A stretch of 64,000 bases of DNA, from IMG/VR virus record IMGVR_UViG_3300010352_001202; one strand, written 5' to 3'. How positions within the stretch are numbered: position 1 is the stretch's first letter; each line of letters opens with the position of its first letter. The position numbers and the translations under genes are program-made. Below are positions 37,301 to 44,124 of the stretch, in pieces. This stretch comes from a virus (Duplodnaviria > Caudoviricetes). The notes under the pieces are model-generated. The model was not told the origin of the DNA, ran no database searches, and worked only from the letters and a program-made list of their open reading frames with translations.

Positions 37301-39607
37301 ACTTGTAATAAAATCTAGATCATTAGAAGAGGATATCAACATTGTCTTAAGCAACGGACATACATTTTGTAGAATAAATGTTCCTACAGATCTGTTCTTT
37401 CTTGTATCGCGATAATTATTATCGCCGCCAAATGCTATACCGGTTGCGCCAATCTGATTTGCTATAATCGAAGCAAAATGTTCTGTTAGTTCACTGCCGC
37501 TAATTTCTTCTACTTCTAATTGAGATGGATTTGCTTCTAATTGCTGAGGAATTTCAAAGTAGCCAGGGCGTGTAGGATCTAGCAGTCCGTGCGTATAAGT
37601 CTGCACTTCAACTACAGGTGGTTGAGTTTGAGTTGTAGTAAGAAGCGTAGTTAGATATGCCGCTAAATCAACATAAATTCTATTGTTTATTTCAGTTAAT
37701 GTATATCCGCTGGGTTGCTCTGCAATACTTTTTACTTCTGTTCCATTAACTGAAACAATGATATCTGGCACTGTCGGATAACCGTATGGTGTTACACTAA
37801 GCTTAAATTGATACTCTGTTCCATAGCCTACGGTAAATTTATCAATGACTCTTTGCTTACTCGTTTGTAAGCAATTAACCGGTGGGGGCGGAATAATATT
37901 ATCACATGGGCAAGGCTGATATAAATTCCAATTGTTGTACAGAATAGGTTCTGTAGTTGTCTTGTAATAGTAATATCCTGTGATAGGTAATTTTGCATTA
38001 CTGTATGTATAACGCTCGACTATTAGGTCATTTTGAAATACTATATCAGATGCCTGGCCCAACGAAGTATAAACAATTGGGAATTTTAATACAGGATCAA
38101 CAGTTGCACCCGACTCAGTATTAATTTTGTATGAAAAAATTTCGCTTCCACGAAATGTACTTTCAGGATAAGTTACAGGATCGTCAAGCATTACTCCGTT
38201 ATGATCGCGAAGTAAGAACAACGGTGGTTGGTTAATTGTTATCTTATCGTTAAAGGCTTCCTGCCACACGCTGTCGCTGAAATACCATGTCTGACCTCGC
38301 TGGGCAGCATCCCACGGGCCGTCTTCTGTGACAAAAACAATATCACCTTCAACAACAGGGGTTAGCCAAGAAGTATATGGCTCAAACGAAACAGTTCCGT
38401 CTAACGCAACAACTACCTGATAAATGAATTGGTTTATAACACCAAACCCTGCATCCCATTCGTTGATTGGGGGATAATCCCAGGCCTGCATATCCCAGAA
38501 ATTAAACGGTGTATTGTCGTTAAAGAATCCTACAAGATTTCCATCTCTCATGTTGATATCAAAGTTATCATTAATATCAGATAGGAGAAGACCTTGTAAA
38601 TCTGCTCTACGAATAGGATTGCCATATAGATCATCCCTAAACCCGTATTGAATTTCTGCTCTAAATTGTGTACCAGATTTATATAATTCTAGATTAGCAA
38701 TAAACTGAATAATAGGGCGAAGTGCTCTTGTCGCATTTGCAGGAAACGCAGTTCCGGTTGCAACAAGCGTTGATGTTATAGCGTCAATGTGAAACCATTT
38801 GTTTGTTCTGGACCATGCATTTCTATCAATTGATCCTCTTTCGATTGTAATGTAATCGCCATTTCCGGGTTGTGTTTGTGTATCCCATGTCATAGCATCC
38901 CAATAAAGGTTACTAATGATACGACCATTTGATAACTCAATTGCACCGTCCCATGGTAGAAATTCAAAAACTGTGCCTGCTGTAAAATCGGGGAACGGAG
39001 GTACAAGCCCGATGCCAGTGCAACCACCGAAGTTTTCTACAGTGTGAGGAGACGAATAATCAGGATCGTCGACAAGAGAAATTGTCATTCCAGATGTAAT
39101 CTTGAAATTTGGTGGTGTAGCAGTCGGCGGTGTAGTAAACGACGGTTGCCCGATAATATCGCCAGATACAACACCCGTAATTGAAATTGTCGGAAGGCCC
39201 TGCTCTACCCAGTAATAATTGTGATAGTTAATAAACATATCATAATCAATCGGAGGGCCAAAACTGTAGTATTCGGATTCAAAAAGTCTATCTTGATTTA
39301 GAGTATTGCCGCCATAGTAATCAATTCTTTCTAACAGATCTTCGTAGAAGAAAATGTTAGACTTTGTTGTATCTTCTGTTCTTGCAAATGCGGTTGCTTC
39401 TAGTTGCCACCATGTTCTGCTCTTAGATGGTTCCGGAAGATAGAAGTCAGTAATAGGATTATAATTACCAGGATTTCTACGGCCAATGTAGCCCGCAAGT
39501 AAGTCGCTATCTTTCTTTGAAAAGACTTGCTCAAATGTAGCATCAAAGAATTTCTTTTCTGTTACAGTTTGAAAAACTGCTGGTAGTTTTTTAATATACT
39601 GAGTCAT
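28328..39607 (-). CDS. Giant (3759 aa) baseplate wedge/virion structural protein with internal GxGY repeats
   Basis: Follows the gp6-like gene; KPYHTQIR motif near the C-terminus; 14 tandem ~38-aa repeats. Confidence 0.75.
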   Translation of the reverse strand: MTQYIKKLPAVFQTVTEKKFFDATFEQVFSKKDSDLLAGYIGRRNPGNYNPITDFYLPEPSKSRTWWQLEATAFARTEDTTKSNIFFYEDLLERIDYYGGNTLNQDRLFESEYYSFGPPIDYDMFINYHNYYWVEQGLPTISITGVVSGDIIGQPSFTTPPTATPPNFKITSGMTISLVDDPDYSSPHTVENFGGCTGIGLVPPFPDFTAGTVFEFLPWDGAIELSNGRIISNLYWDAMTWDTQTQPGNGDYITIERGSIDRNAWSRTNKWFHIDAITSTLVATGTAFPANATRALRPIIQFIANLELYKSGTQFRAEIQYGFRDDLYGNPIRRADLQGLLLSDINDNFDINMRDGNLVGFFNDNTPFNFWDMQAWDYPPINEWDAGFGVINQFIYQVVVALDGTVSFEPYTSWLTPVVEGDIVFVTEDGPWDAAQRGQTWYFSDSVWQEAFNDKITINQPPLFLLRDHNGVMLDDPVTYPESTFRGSEIFSYKINTESGATVDPVLKFPIVYTSLGQASDIVFQNDLIVERYTYSNAKLPITGYYYYKTTTEPILYNNWNLYQPCPCDNIIPPPPVNCLQTSKQRVIDKFTVGYGTEYQFKLSVTPYGYPTVPDIIVSVNGTEVKSIAEQPSGYTLTEINNRIYVDLAAYLTTLLTTTQTQPPVVEVQTYTHGLLDPTRPGYFEIPQQLEANPSQLEVEEISGSELTEHFASIIANQIGATGIAFGGDNNYRDTRKNRSVGTFILQNVCPLLKTMLISSSNDLDFITSIRFSQDEYTKFKNKYLTTALQLINQGFNPVQYYNNNITVSLWVEEILKTVNVSKEFSNAFAYSYMIANGSPFANETFTVPMGGLLTLSNYVDLADPKNALYLYDTTGQEKLLVIGQDYEIISSNLVIEIQLNLLEVPVGNTVFVALYKSPLPAYIPSTPTKIGAYPTYIPRIELDTSYAIPTNVIIGHDGSKTIAYNDYRDQLLLELEKRIYNLLQYRFRHQYYLPLRLESVKSGYFRETRYTREEFLNITESYLNKWSAKNRANYRANDWLTSSTVTPVSQLWKLYNYRFAKDANGVPLNLPGNWKGIFQYYYDTYYPDTRPWEMLGFGAEPSWWRYEYGMPVLNLAGQEVWTSTASGAHVMWDDLEYGIIRQGPCAIYDPVTLLPQEQEMWARPGLSAVIPVDASGEIISVMALFNVVFSGNDYEPFDLFDVEWIYGDGAPVEQAWMSTSAYAFNVQEFLYLMRPAPYGEYFWDTIGTELSPGMITVPGIESPVMSDVNWQFVQNDTFTNSDPFFAWMRLKNKDQVVHAETVDTDIQIKYGYQRWISDRILFLGKDVTSTFGQKIRTLDVNLANKLAGFTNKDTTNTYIEAVSPGASTNSLIIPSTNFDVILHKSPPIDTYSYSGVIVRGLADGTFAVYGYDLLKSEFTILDRSDSQLIDVTVGGTPAEFKYFVPGETYVQGDIVRYNGVYYLSLSTQLVEKFIAAGWKKLNALPIVGGISVSYKPFSEPTTTKIPYGTVFKTPQQVFDMLIGWGAYLESRGWKFDEVSPDTNQLNDWLTAGKQFLFWLNTDWAPDASIQLSPLANKATLEVARGYPDDVESLTNGIYSILNKYGTAIPPSSTSTDRDGRFISVEPIDLSVGGIYFLQVNASETEHILIFDNQTNFNDVVYSPLLRARQQRLRFNGFRSNGWYGKMEAPGYLVMDNQLVPNFDTIVEAMRYYYDPNVTIDNPSLEDLGRSLIGYESKSYLDNLQVSNDVQYLFYQGAIRQKGTSQAFEKLFRSTKVQSDEIIEVFEEWALKLGDFGNTIDQVSTEFILKPEQNTGEVIVARLNYMPSPVGFVRQINILNAQNTYINVPRIVVPPPDADPLDPYVTSPLRTAKAFAVLDSTGRIARIDITDPGYGYLSAPYIEIDSGPEPHNLDKLYSVWQGSVIKDATLDNVVNIDIDQVDKWVVRPNDPEYSLKFPVTPRIDYATPNAGYVHFDDVDWYSFDKIQTAVAWGTDKLNPVAGDTIWIAKTFTEDWDVYKLVDITEQSGFSVVNANGDIFLRTALSCEITSQFSTEGTKTDFGNMIVLQIGGAAATASSKAPTQQSTATAVLTGSASITSNIGGGSVTSFNIIDGGNGYLSAPAVTIAAPPSDGATVTSAVTNGVVTGLTLTHGGSGYTSTPAVTVADPIHVKATASCTVVAGSVSTVTISGGGAGYATVPSVTFQAPGVSATGVAVIASSGQITSVNVANAGSGYISAPTVTVDPPIHITATANAIVSVAGGIIIDIVLINNGSGYIAPPIITITDGFSGGNGAKAVATVNNGIVTSITVVDGGSGYSNPNINIAPPTGIAATAVAIITDGKVTDIDIIQPGSGYSTIPDVTISPPSGITATGTATIANGKVTGINIVLPGSGYAFSPSITIGDPTGVAATATATLTGGSVTSVTLNTGGSGYISAPTVTVAAPIGGVAATATSTILNGTITGINLINPGSGYSIPPAVSIAQPGGANPILSIQITDPGYGYTETPLVTISGDGVGASATAVLTNGQVTSITLDSPGNNYTTATVELSAPPESGTGEILNIEVTQGGAGYTSTPSVVISDIGGYGSGATAVATVTDGVIQTIDVVNPGSGYVFPIVSVTPPGTFPGENYTIGFSYAYSDDTYNYYNLVTLDDNPVTETDIANYANFTNLLIYKTMRWRETPVEPLLPVYVGLGDKIWVDDVNGKWTVFNIQADPGIWDIKGWDLKVIDFWSPNYGWDVTGPLYFNPYRVQEKLINTSFFKSAKVYAALSKNELVQLPIYDPFKDILPGPARQNISYMAMQDPARYNITGNPRLYSENINFGDAQVGQLWWDLSSTRYVYYEQPIALDGSETEVDNLVYRRNRWGQLFPGSTVAIYEWVKSPVPPDAYTGSGIPRDVNNYVMLVTSNRFTSATETNYYFWVLGSTDKPNLENRTLASVDVARLLQTPKSQNFVFFCPIQQTLTNNSYMFYNVQEILSYQGDNVQVEYKLSARDDQEHAQWSFFREGDPSSVVTDQFWNKMVDSLCGYTKVLPVSDEYSNGIIVAKDLPWDIYGWDIALWDTATPTTTPVYGEILPVPDPTLTEFEKYGIQYRPRQGMFQKIHAARKIFVQSANSLLKHIQIRDDDPSWNANVSTDVYWEYTNWYAIGFEDAVPTDVYQTLSDANVALVNGDLQKDDIVQVINGTVDGRFILYNVVQLNPNVSTLSLEEVGVEKSAIKLLDTIYTSENLYGLATELRELLNAFRTKVMINNYKVDQNELFFSLVNYVLSEQKNPDWVFKSSYIYIKENNLPLNQAQLYIPNQIDNIIKYIIDAKPYHTQIRDYTSTYLTSDVAAGAAIDSYKISTVIKFGPENYLPWDNFAWDNPPWDVYLPGPWPVPSYILNAETFADNIDQFVSREDVYTVPLTTFDAGKVGLSQLYPYTFDFDSINLNNPQNVITPYNIVGVQIGTTVLIYGQDYFVEDNGNGTFTAYFFNDPGSSPVPVALVWFDGGVLQNIQFNTNRYEVAQGYPTADLVVNVDTQLPVNDVSGINLVPVPFAVQPTVAPLVGWGDTWEAISDPVISQALIDAGGTTEVLWDIPTNPIMLANTISFKENTNVKDGANFYRNADEFRATLAVTLPAPTSLDENIDVIVVTSLTDILPTPSLVPGVIWINGERIEYKMKTLVALNTWELRLVRRGTMGTAPTEHVALSYIFVERGNIMPAGSDVEVWNAVSLPASPDLSTETSPGEFTSITSVPMGGLWYADTPEANFLKQAQGKSIP
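31760..33340 (-). repeat. 14 tandem ~38-aa GxVTxIxIxxxGxGYxxxPxVxI repeats (protein-level; boundaries approximate)
   Basis: Counted in the translation. Confidence 0.85.
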
Positions 39608-39618
39608 GTAGGTTTCCG

Positions 39619-39654
39619 AAATAGTAGGTAGTGTTATCTACCTACTATTTATCA
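39619..39654 (-). promoter_or_regulatory. 13-bp inverted repeat overlapping late promoter TGATAAATA (39646-39654)
   Basis: AAATAGTAGGTAG / CTACCTACTATTT. Confidence 0.7.
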
Positions 39655-39672
39655 CAGAAATTATGTACCTAC

Positions 39673-42600
39673 TTAAACTCTTAAGTTCTGATCAGTAAGG
39701 TTGGCAACAATCTGAACATTGTTTACTGTTGCAGTTGAGATAAACAATTCGTTAGGATTAGCTACAATTTCAAACAGATTACCGAATTGAGAATTTGCAT
39801 TTGTCGGGACAATAACGACAGAACTAATAATTCTTGATAGTTGTTGGTGAATAAATGCCGCAAGTTCTGTGTAGAAGAACTTTTCACCAAAGTCCCAATT
39901 TCTAATATCAAAATAAGCATCAATTGCAGCAATGACTTTTGTCTTTACTTCGTTGTCGCTGATATTAGATGAAGGTGCCTTTACTACCTTAAATGTTGCC
40001 TGCAATTCAGCCTCGGCTTGTGTACCGAAAAGAATCTTAAATGTTCCTGAATTCCATACCATTGCATCGCTAACCATCTTGTATTGGTTTAGATCCTGGA
40101 ACTGAATTCTTAATTCTTCGGTGGTAGGTGCTGCAGGGAATGTTGCTAAACCTCCGTTAGAGTTTTTCCAAATAAGAACATCTCTATAATAACTGTCCGT
40201 AACAACAATCATATCAATAATATTTGTTGCAGACGGATCAATTCGCTGATCGATTGGTGAGTAATGACTCCACTTGAAATATAAAGGTAATCTTGCAATC
40301 TCTGGAACGGTTGTATTTTGTGTAAACACTTTACCGTTCTTATCGAAGTGATATTTGTCTAAGCTTTCAACAATAACTTTGTTTGAAGGATACTTAGAAG
40401 TATCGGCATTATCAGCAAATGCCAACCCGTAGTATATCCCGAATCCCGGTGGACTAATTGATGAAATTAGCCAAGACTTATTAAGGAAATAAGTTGTCAT
40501 TAAATCAATTTTATCATTAACCAATTCAGTACCAATTAGCCATGGATAATAAGTGTATGTATCAATCCATGCTTGTGGTGTCGATGGCGTGATAGCAGGT
40601 GCTGACGGATTTATTGGCAAATTAAAGAATGCTGTTAATTGATTAGCAATAGAATTAACAAAAGTAATATTATCATAAGATAATTGTAGAACATTATTAA
40701 TGAAGACTAAATCAACTTCGTCCATATAGACATATTTGAAACCTGGTAATGCAACAGATCCCGGATCTAGGATTTGATCCTGGGTTGTTAGCTTCATATT
40801 AGCAACATATGGCGAACTATATAATTCTGTGGCATCAATCGGATTTACCGGAAAATAAACAAACAATTCAGTAGGTGCAGTCGGAACAGGCGGAACACCG
40901 CCCAACTCCAACTTCCATCTAGAAATCCACGGACGGGTACTTTGATATCCGGTTACTTCGTTTGTATAAAATTCAAATACAACTCTATCTTCCGGAGTAA
41001 CAATCTTATTGAAACCTGCAGGATCGTCTGCAATGCCGTCGCCGTCTACATCGACTAACGAAACTTCGACTTTAGAACTATCCAAATATCCGTCATCCTG
41101 AATATATACACCAGAGATATTAAAATCTACCTCGGTGCGTAAGAAGGATGTGGTAGGGTCAACAATAATAGGTGTGTTGTTATCAATTGAACTATTTGTA
41201 TTCACAAACGGCATAATTTCAATAGTATCTTGCAATGCAAGACCTGTAGCGTTGTCTATAACTACCTGGTTAGGATCCCAGTAAAATCTCACATCTTTAT
41301 ACGATTCAAACACATACACTCTGCCTCTAGCAGTAAGGTCGTATGTTGTTGTGGCAAGCTGATTATTACTTGCAATTGCTACATATAACAAACCACTGTT
41401 AGGATACGGTGCCCAGTCTGAATAAATTTCTTCTCCGGAAATTGTAACTATAGGTGGTGCGTATTCAAATGGCTGATCAGATTGATCCGATAATCCAGGA
41501 ACTGCTGTGGTCGATGTATGCCATTCGTCAACAAGTAAATCATAATATAACCAGAAAGAAATACCTGCGTCGATTGCAGCAACTACTTCGTTAATTTCAG
41601 CTGTGTTTAGATCATTTCTAAATACAGGATATAGTCTCATTGCCTGATAATTAGTCTGCTCTTCCTTTCCTAATTCAACGGGGCCAATGTTGGCGTAAGG
41701 ATTTAGCGGATTTACAATCAGTGGAATACCCGACTGAACAACATTGTCGACACTTACAGAATTTAATGTTGCAAGATCAGTGGGATTGGCAAACTGAATT
41801 ACAGACCCTGCCTTAATAAATCCCCACGGTTCGTATGTTCCCGCAGGTACATTATCTGTGGTGAAACTATTTGTTAAGGTAACTGCCGCGGCGTTTACTG
41901 CGGTGGTGTTTGCAAAATATCCGGTGTCGTTTTTAAACTTTATAGGACTTGTTTTCCAGTAAAGCGGAGACTGAAACGGGTTACTTAAATCTAAGATAGA
42001 ATAGCCTTCATCGGTAGGTACTTGCTTGTTAACCCTAATATTTGATTCAAACTGTGGCAGATATTCATCATAGAAAAAGTTTGACACTTTCTTGTCTCGT
42101 AACATTTCCTGAATCGTGTTAACAATAATAGTTTCAATATTGCCTGCGTTAGACGAGTCTCTAATAACCTGAGCTAGCACATTTTGATTATCTCTAAACA
42201 ATGCACCATCCTGGCCAAAGATGATTAAATCTCTGTGAAATCCTGTAGGATCGTTTAAGTCGATATAGCGGCTTTGTCCGCTATATGTTCTGTCAATTGC
42301 TTGTATCTTGGCAATTGAGTTTCCATAAATCAATGGTAGAACATTATAGTCACTACCGTTAACCATGCGCGATTGCGTAGAGAACACTTCTGGAGCACGC
42401 AATCTAATTTGATCATTAGTCTCGGCAGCCGCCGCATTGCCAATTGTTTGTTCTAGGTTAAAAACAATTCTTAATGTATATTGCTGCTGATTTACTCCAA
42501 AGTATGGAATGTTAATCTGTAAACCACGCGCATTATCTGGCCTAATAACAAGCGCCTGATTTGCACTTATTCTAGTCCAAAATCTAAATAGTCCTGTAGG

Positions 42601-43656
42601 AACATTACCGAAATTACCATCTGCGAATCTAATAGATACTGTATCATTAGCACCCGAAATAACATCGAAAATATTTCTTTCACCAAACTGGATACTGTTA
42701 TAGATAATATTTTCTCCAGCAAGTGCAGGCACTTTAGCCCACTTGTTGATGACATTACCAGATTCATCTGTTTCCTGAACATAAACATCGTCCTGGTTGA
42801 TATTTTGAATATCAATAGGGAATACTCTGTTGGGCACAGGAAATTCAAAATTAGTATCTATATTGATTAGATTACCTTGTTTGAAATATAAGAAAAACCC
42901 GGTATTAGATGATGCGACGCCAAGACTATCGTTTCTGTAAATGAAATTAAACGCATCTGCAGGATCTGGATCTCGTTCAAAGATTGTTTCGTTTGGGATA
43001 AAGTCAGGATTACAAATATCAATCGGATACTGCTGACCGTTGATAGAAATTGTCACCGGGTATGTTACATTTAATCTTAAGACATTATCTAGCTGATATA
43101 AATCTGTCGGGATACTTCCGATCGATCCACTCTTAGTAGGTCTGCCAAACGGATTTAGAGAACTGAATGCTGCATTACATACCTGTATGAATTGATCAAA
43201 CCAGTCTGGATTATTGGGATCATTCCAGTAGATTGCAACATCGTTGATATTCACTCCGTTCGCATCTGTTAATGGCTGGTCTGTCTGAACTGCTGCAATC
43301 TTAAACAATCCGCTTGCAGGTATATTTCTGCGCGGAACATAGTTAACCATCTGAGCAAGACGAATAACACTTTCTCTACGCTCTGCTGTGTCAATAAAGT
43401 TTTCACGGCTATTGAGATCAGTTCTGAATGCAAGGCTTGTACCGAAATAAGATAGCAATTCGACAATCGCAATAAATTCCGAACTTTCAATATAGTCGTT
43501 GAAGTCTTCGGGATAGTAAGCTTGGATGTAGTTGAGTAGAGCCTGCTTCAGAGTATCGAAGTCGTAAGCAGTATAGTCAATGAATTGGTATGCCTTAAAT
43601 ACTTTCTTATAATCTTCTGCGGCAAACAGGTTAGATTGTCTAATACTTTCTGACAT
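39673..43656 (-). CDS. Baseplate wedge subunit (T4 gp6-like)
   Basis: YDFDTLK..DFND..SE..NSRENFIDTAERRESV; ETNDQIRLRAP..QSRMV..DY. Confidence 0.85.
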   Translation of the reverse strand: MSESIRQSNLFAAEDYKKVFKAYQFIDYTAYDFDTLKQALLNYIQAYYPEDFNDYIESSEFIAIVELLSYFGTSLAFRTDLNSRENFIDTAERRESVIRLAQMVNYVPRRNIPASGLFKIAAVQTDQPLTDANGVNINDVAIYWNDPNNPDWFDQFIQVCNAAFSSLNPFGRPTKSGSIGSIPTDLYQLDNVLRLNVTYPVTISINGQQYPIDICNPDFIPNETIFERDPDPADAFNFIYRNDSLGVASSNTGFFLYFKQGNLINIDTNFEFPVPNRVFPIDIQNINQDDVYVQETDESGNVINKWAKVPALAGENIIYNSIQFGERNIFDVISGANDTVSIRFADGNFGNVPTGLFRFWTRISANQALVIRPDNARGLQINIPYFGVNQQQYTLRIVFNLEQTIGNAAAAETNDQIRLRAPEVFSTQSRMVNGSDYNVLPLIYGNSIAKIQAIDRTYSGQSRYIDLNDPTGFHRDLIIFGQDGALFRDNQNVLAQVIRDSSNAGNIETIIVNTIQEMLRDKKVSNFFYDEYLPQFESNIRVNKQVPTDEGYSILDLSNPFQSPLYWKTSPIKFKNDTGYFANTTAVNAAAVTLTNSFTTDNVPAGTYEPWGFIKAGSVIQFANPTDLATLNSVSVDNVVQSGIPLIVNPLNPYANIGPVELGKEEQTNYQAMRLYPVFRNDLNTAEINEVVAAIDAGISFWLYYDLLVDEWHTSTTAVPGLSDQSDQPFEYAPPIVTISGEEIYSDWAPYPNSGLLYVAIASNNQLATTTYDLTARGRVYVFESYKDVRFYWDPNQVVIDNATGLALQDTIEIMPFVNTNSSIDNNTPIIVDPTTSFLRTEVDFNISGVYIQDDGYLDSSKVEVSLVDVDGDGIADDPAGFNKIVTPEDRVVFEFYTNEVTGYQSTRPWISRWKLELGGVPPVPTAPTELFVYFPVNPIDATELYSSPYVANMKLTTQDQILDPGSVALPGFKYVYMDEVDLVFINNVLQLSYDNITFVNSIANQLTAFFNLPINPSAPAITPSTPQAWIDTYTYYPWLIGTELVNDKIDLMTTYFLNKSWLISSISPPGFGIYYGLAFADNADTSKYPSNKVIVESLDKYHFDKNGKVFTQNTTVPEIARLPLYFKWSHYSPIDQRIDPSATNIIDMIVVTDSYYRDVLIWKNSNGGLATFPAAPTTEELRIQFQDLNQYKMVSDAMVWNSGTFKILFGTQAEAELQATFKVVKAPSSNISDNEVKTKVIAAIDAYFDIRNWDFGEKFFYTELAAFIHQQLSRIISSVVIVPTNANSQFGNLFEIVANPNELFISTATVNNVQIVANLTDQNLRV

Positions 43657-44078
43657 CAGAAGGATTCCTTATCTTTTAGAGAGAATGTAACAAACATACT
43701 ATCTGTAATTGATTCTGGTTTGAATAGTAAGACCATAACAATTGTTAATGCTTGGTCTTCTTGAAATACATCTATATTTTGTAATGCAACACGCGGTTCT
43801 GATTGAACTACTCTTACGGCATCTTCAATAATAGCATTCTTTGTATACTCATCAAACGGATCAAATAACATTTCGTAAATTCGTGTTCCGAAATTCGGAA
43901 GCATTACTCGTGAACCCATAGGAGTTGCAAAATGGTTATTAAGATCTCGTTTTACAATATCAATGTTTGTTAAGGAATATGGCGGAAAAGGCTGGCCAAC
44001 GGTATTAAACCCTACAAAGTATGGTTTTCTTGTAATGCGTTGCTGCTGGACAAAGCCTCTCTGATTTGGTGCTGCCAT
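43656..44078 (-). CDS. Baseplate wedge protein (T4 gp25-like)
   Basis: T..GSRVMLPNFGT..LFDP..EPRV. Confidence 0.9.
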   Translation of the reverse strand: MAAPNQRGFVQQQRITRKPYFVGFNTVGQPFPPYSLTNIDIVKRDLNNHFATPMGSRVMLPNFGTRIYEMLFDPFDEYTKNAIIEDAVRVVQSEPRVALQNIDVFQEDQALTIVMVLLFKPESITDSMFVTFSLKDKESF

Positions 44079-44094
44079 ATAATTCCCTTTCTGT

Positions 44095-44103
44095 TATTTA
44101 TCA
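44095..44103 (-). promoter_or_regulatory. Late promoter candidate TGATAAATA
   Basis: Directly upstream of the gp25-like gene. Confidence 0.65.
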
Positions 44104-44124
44104 AGAGAATTATACGGGCCTATA

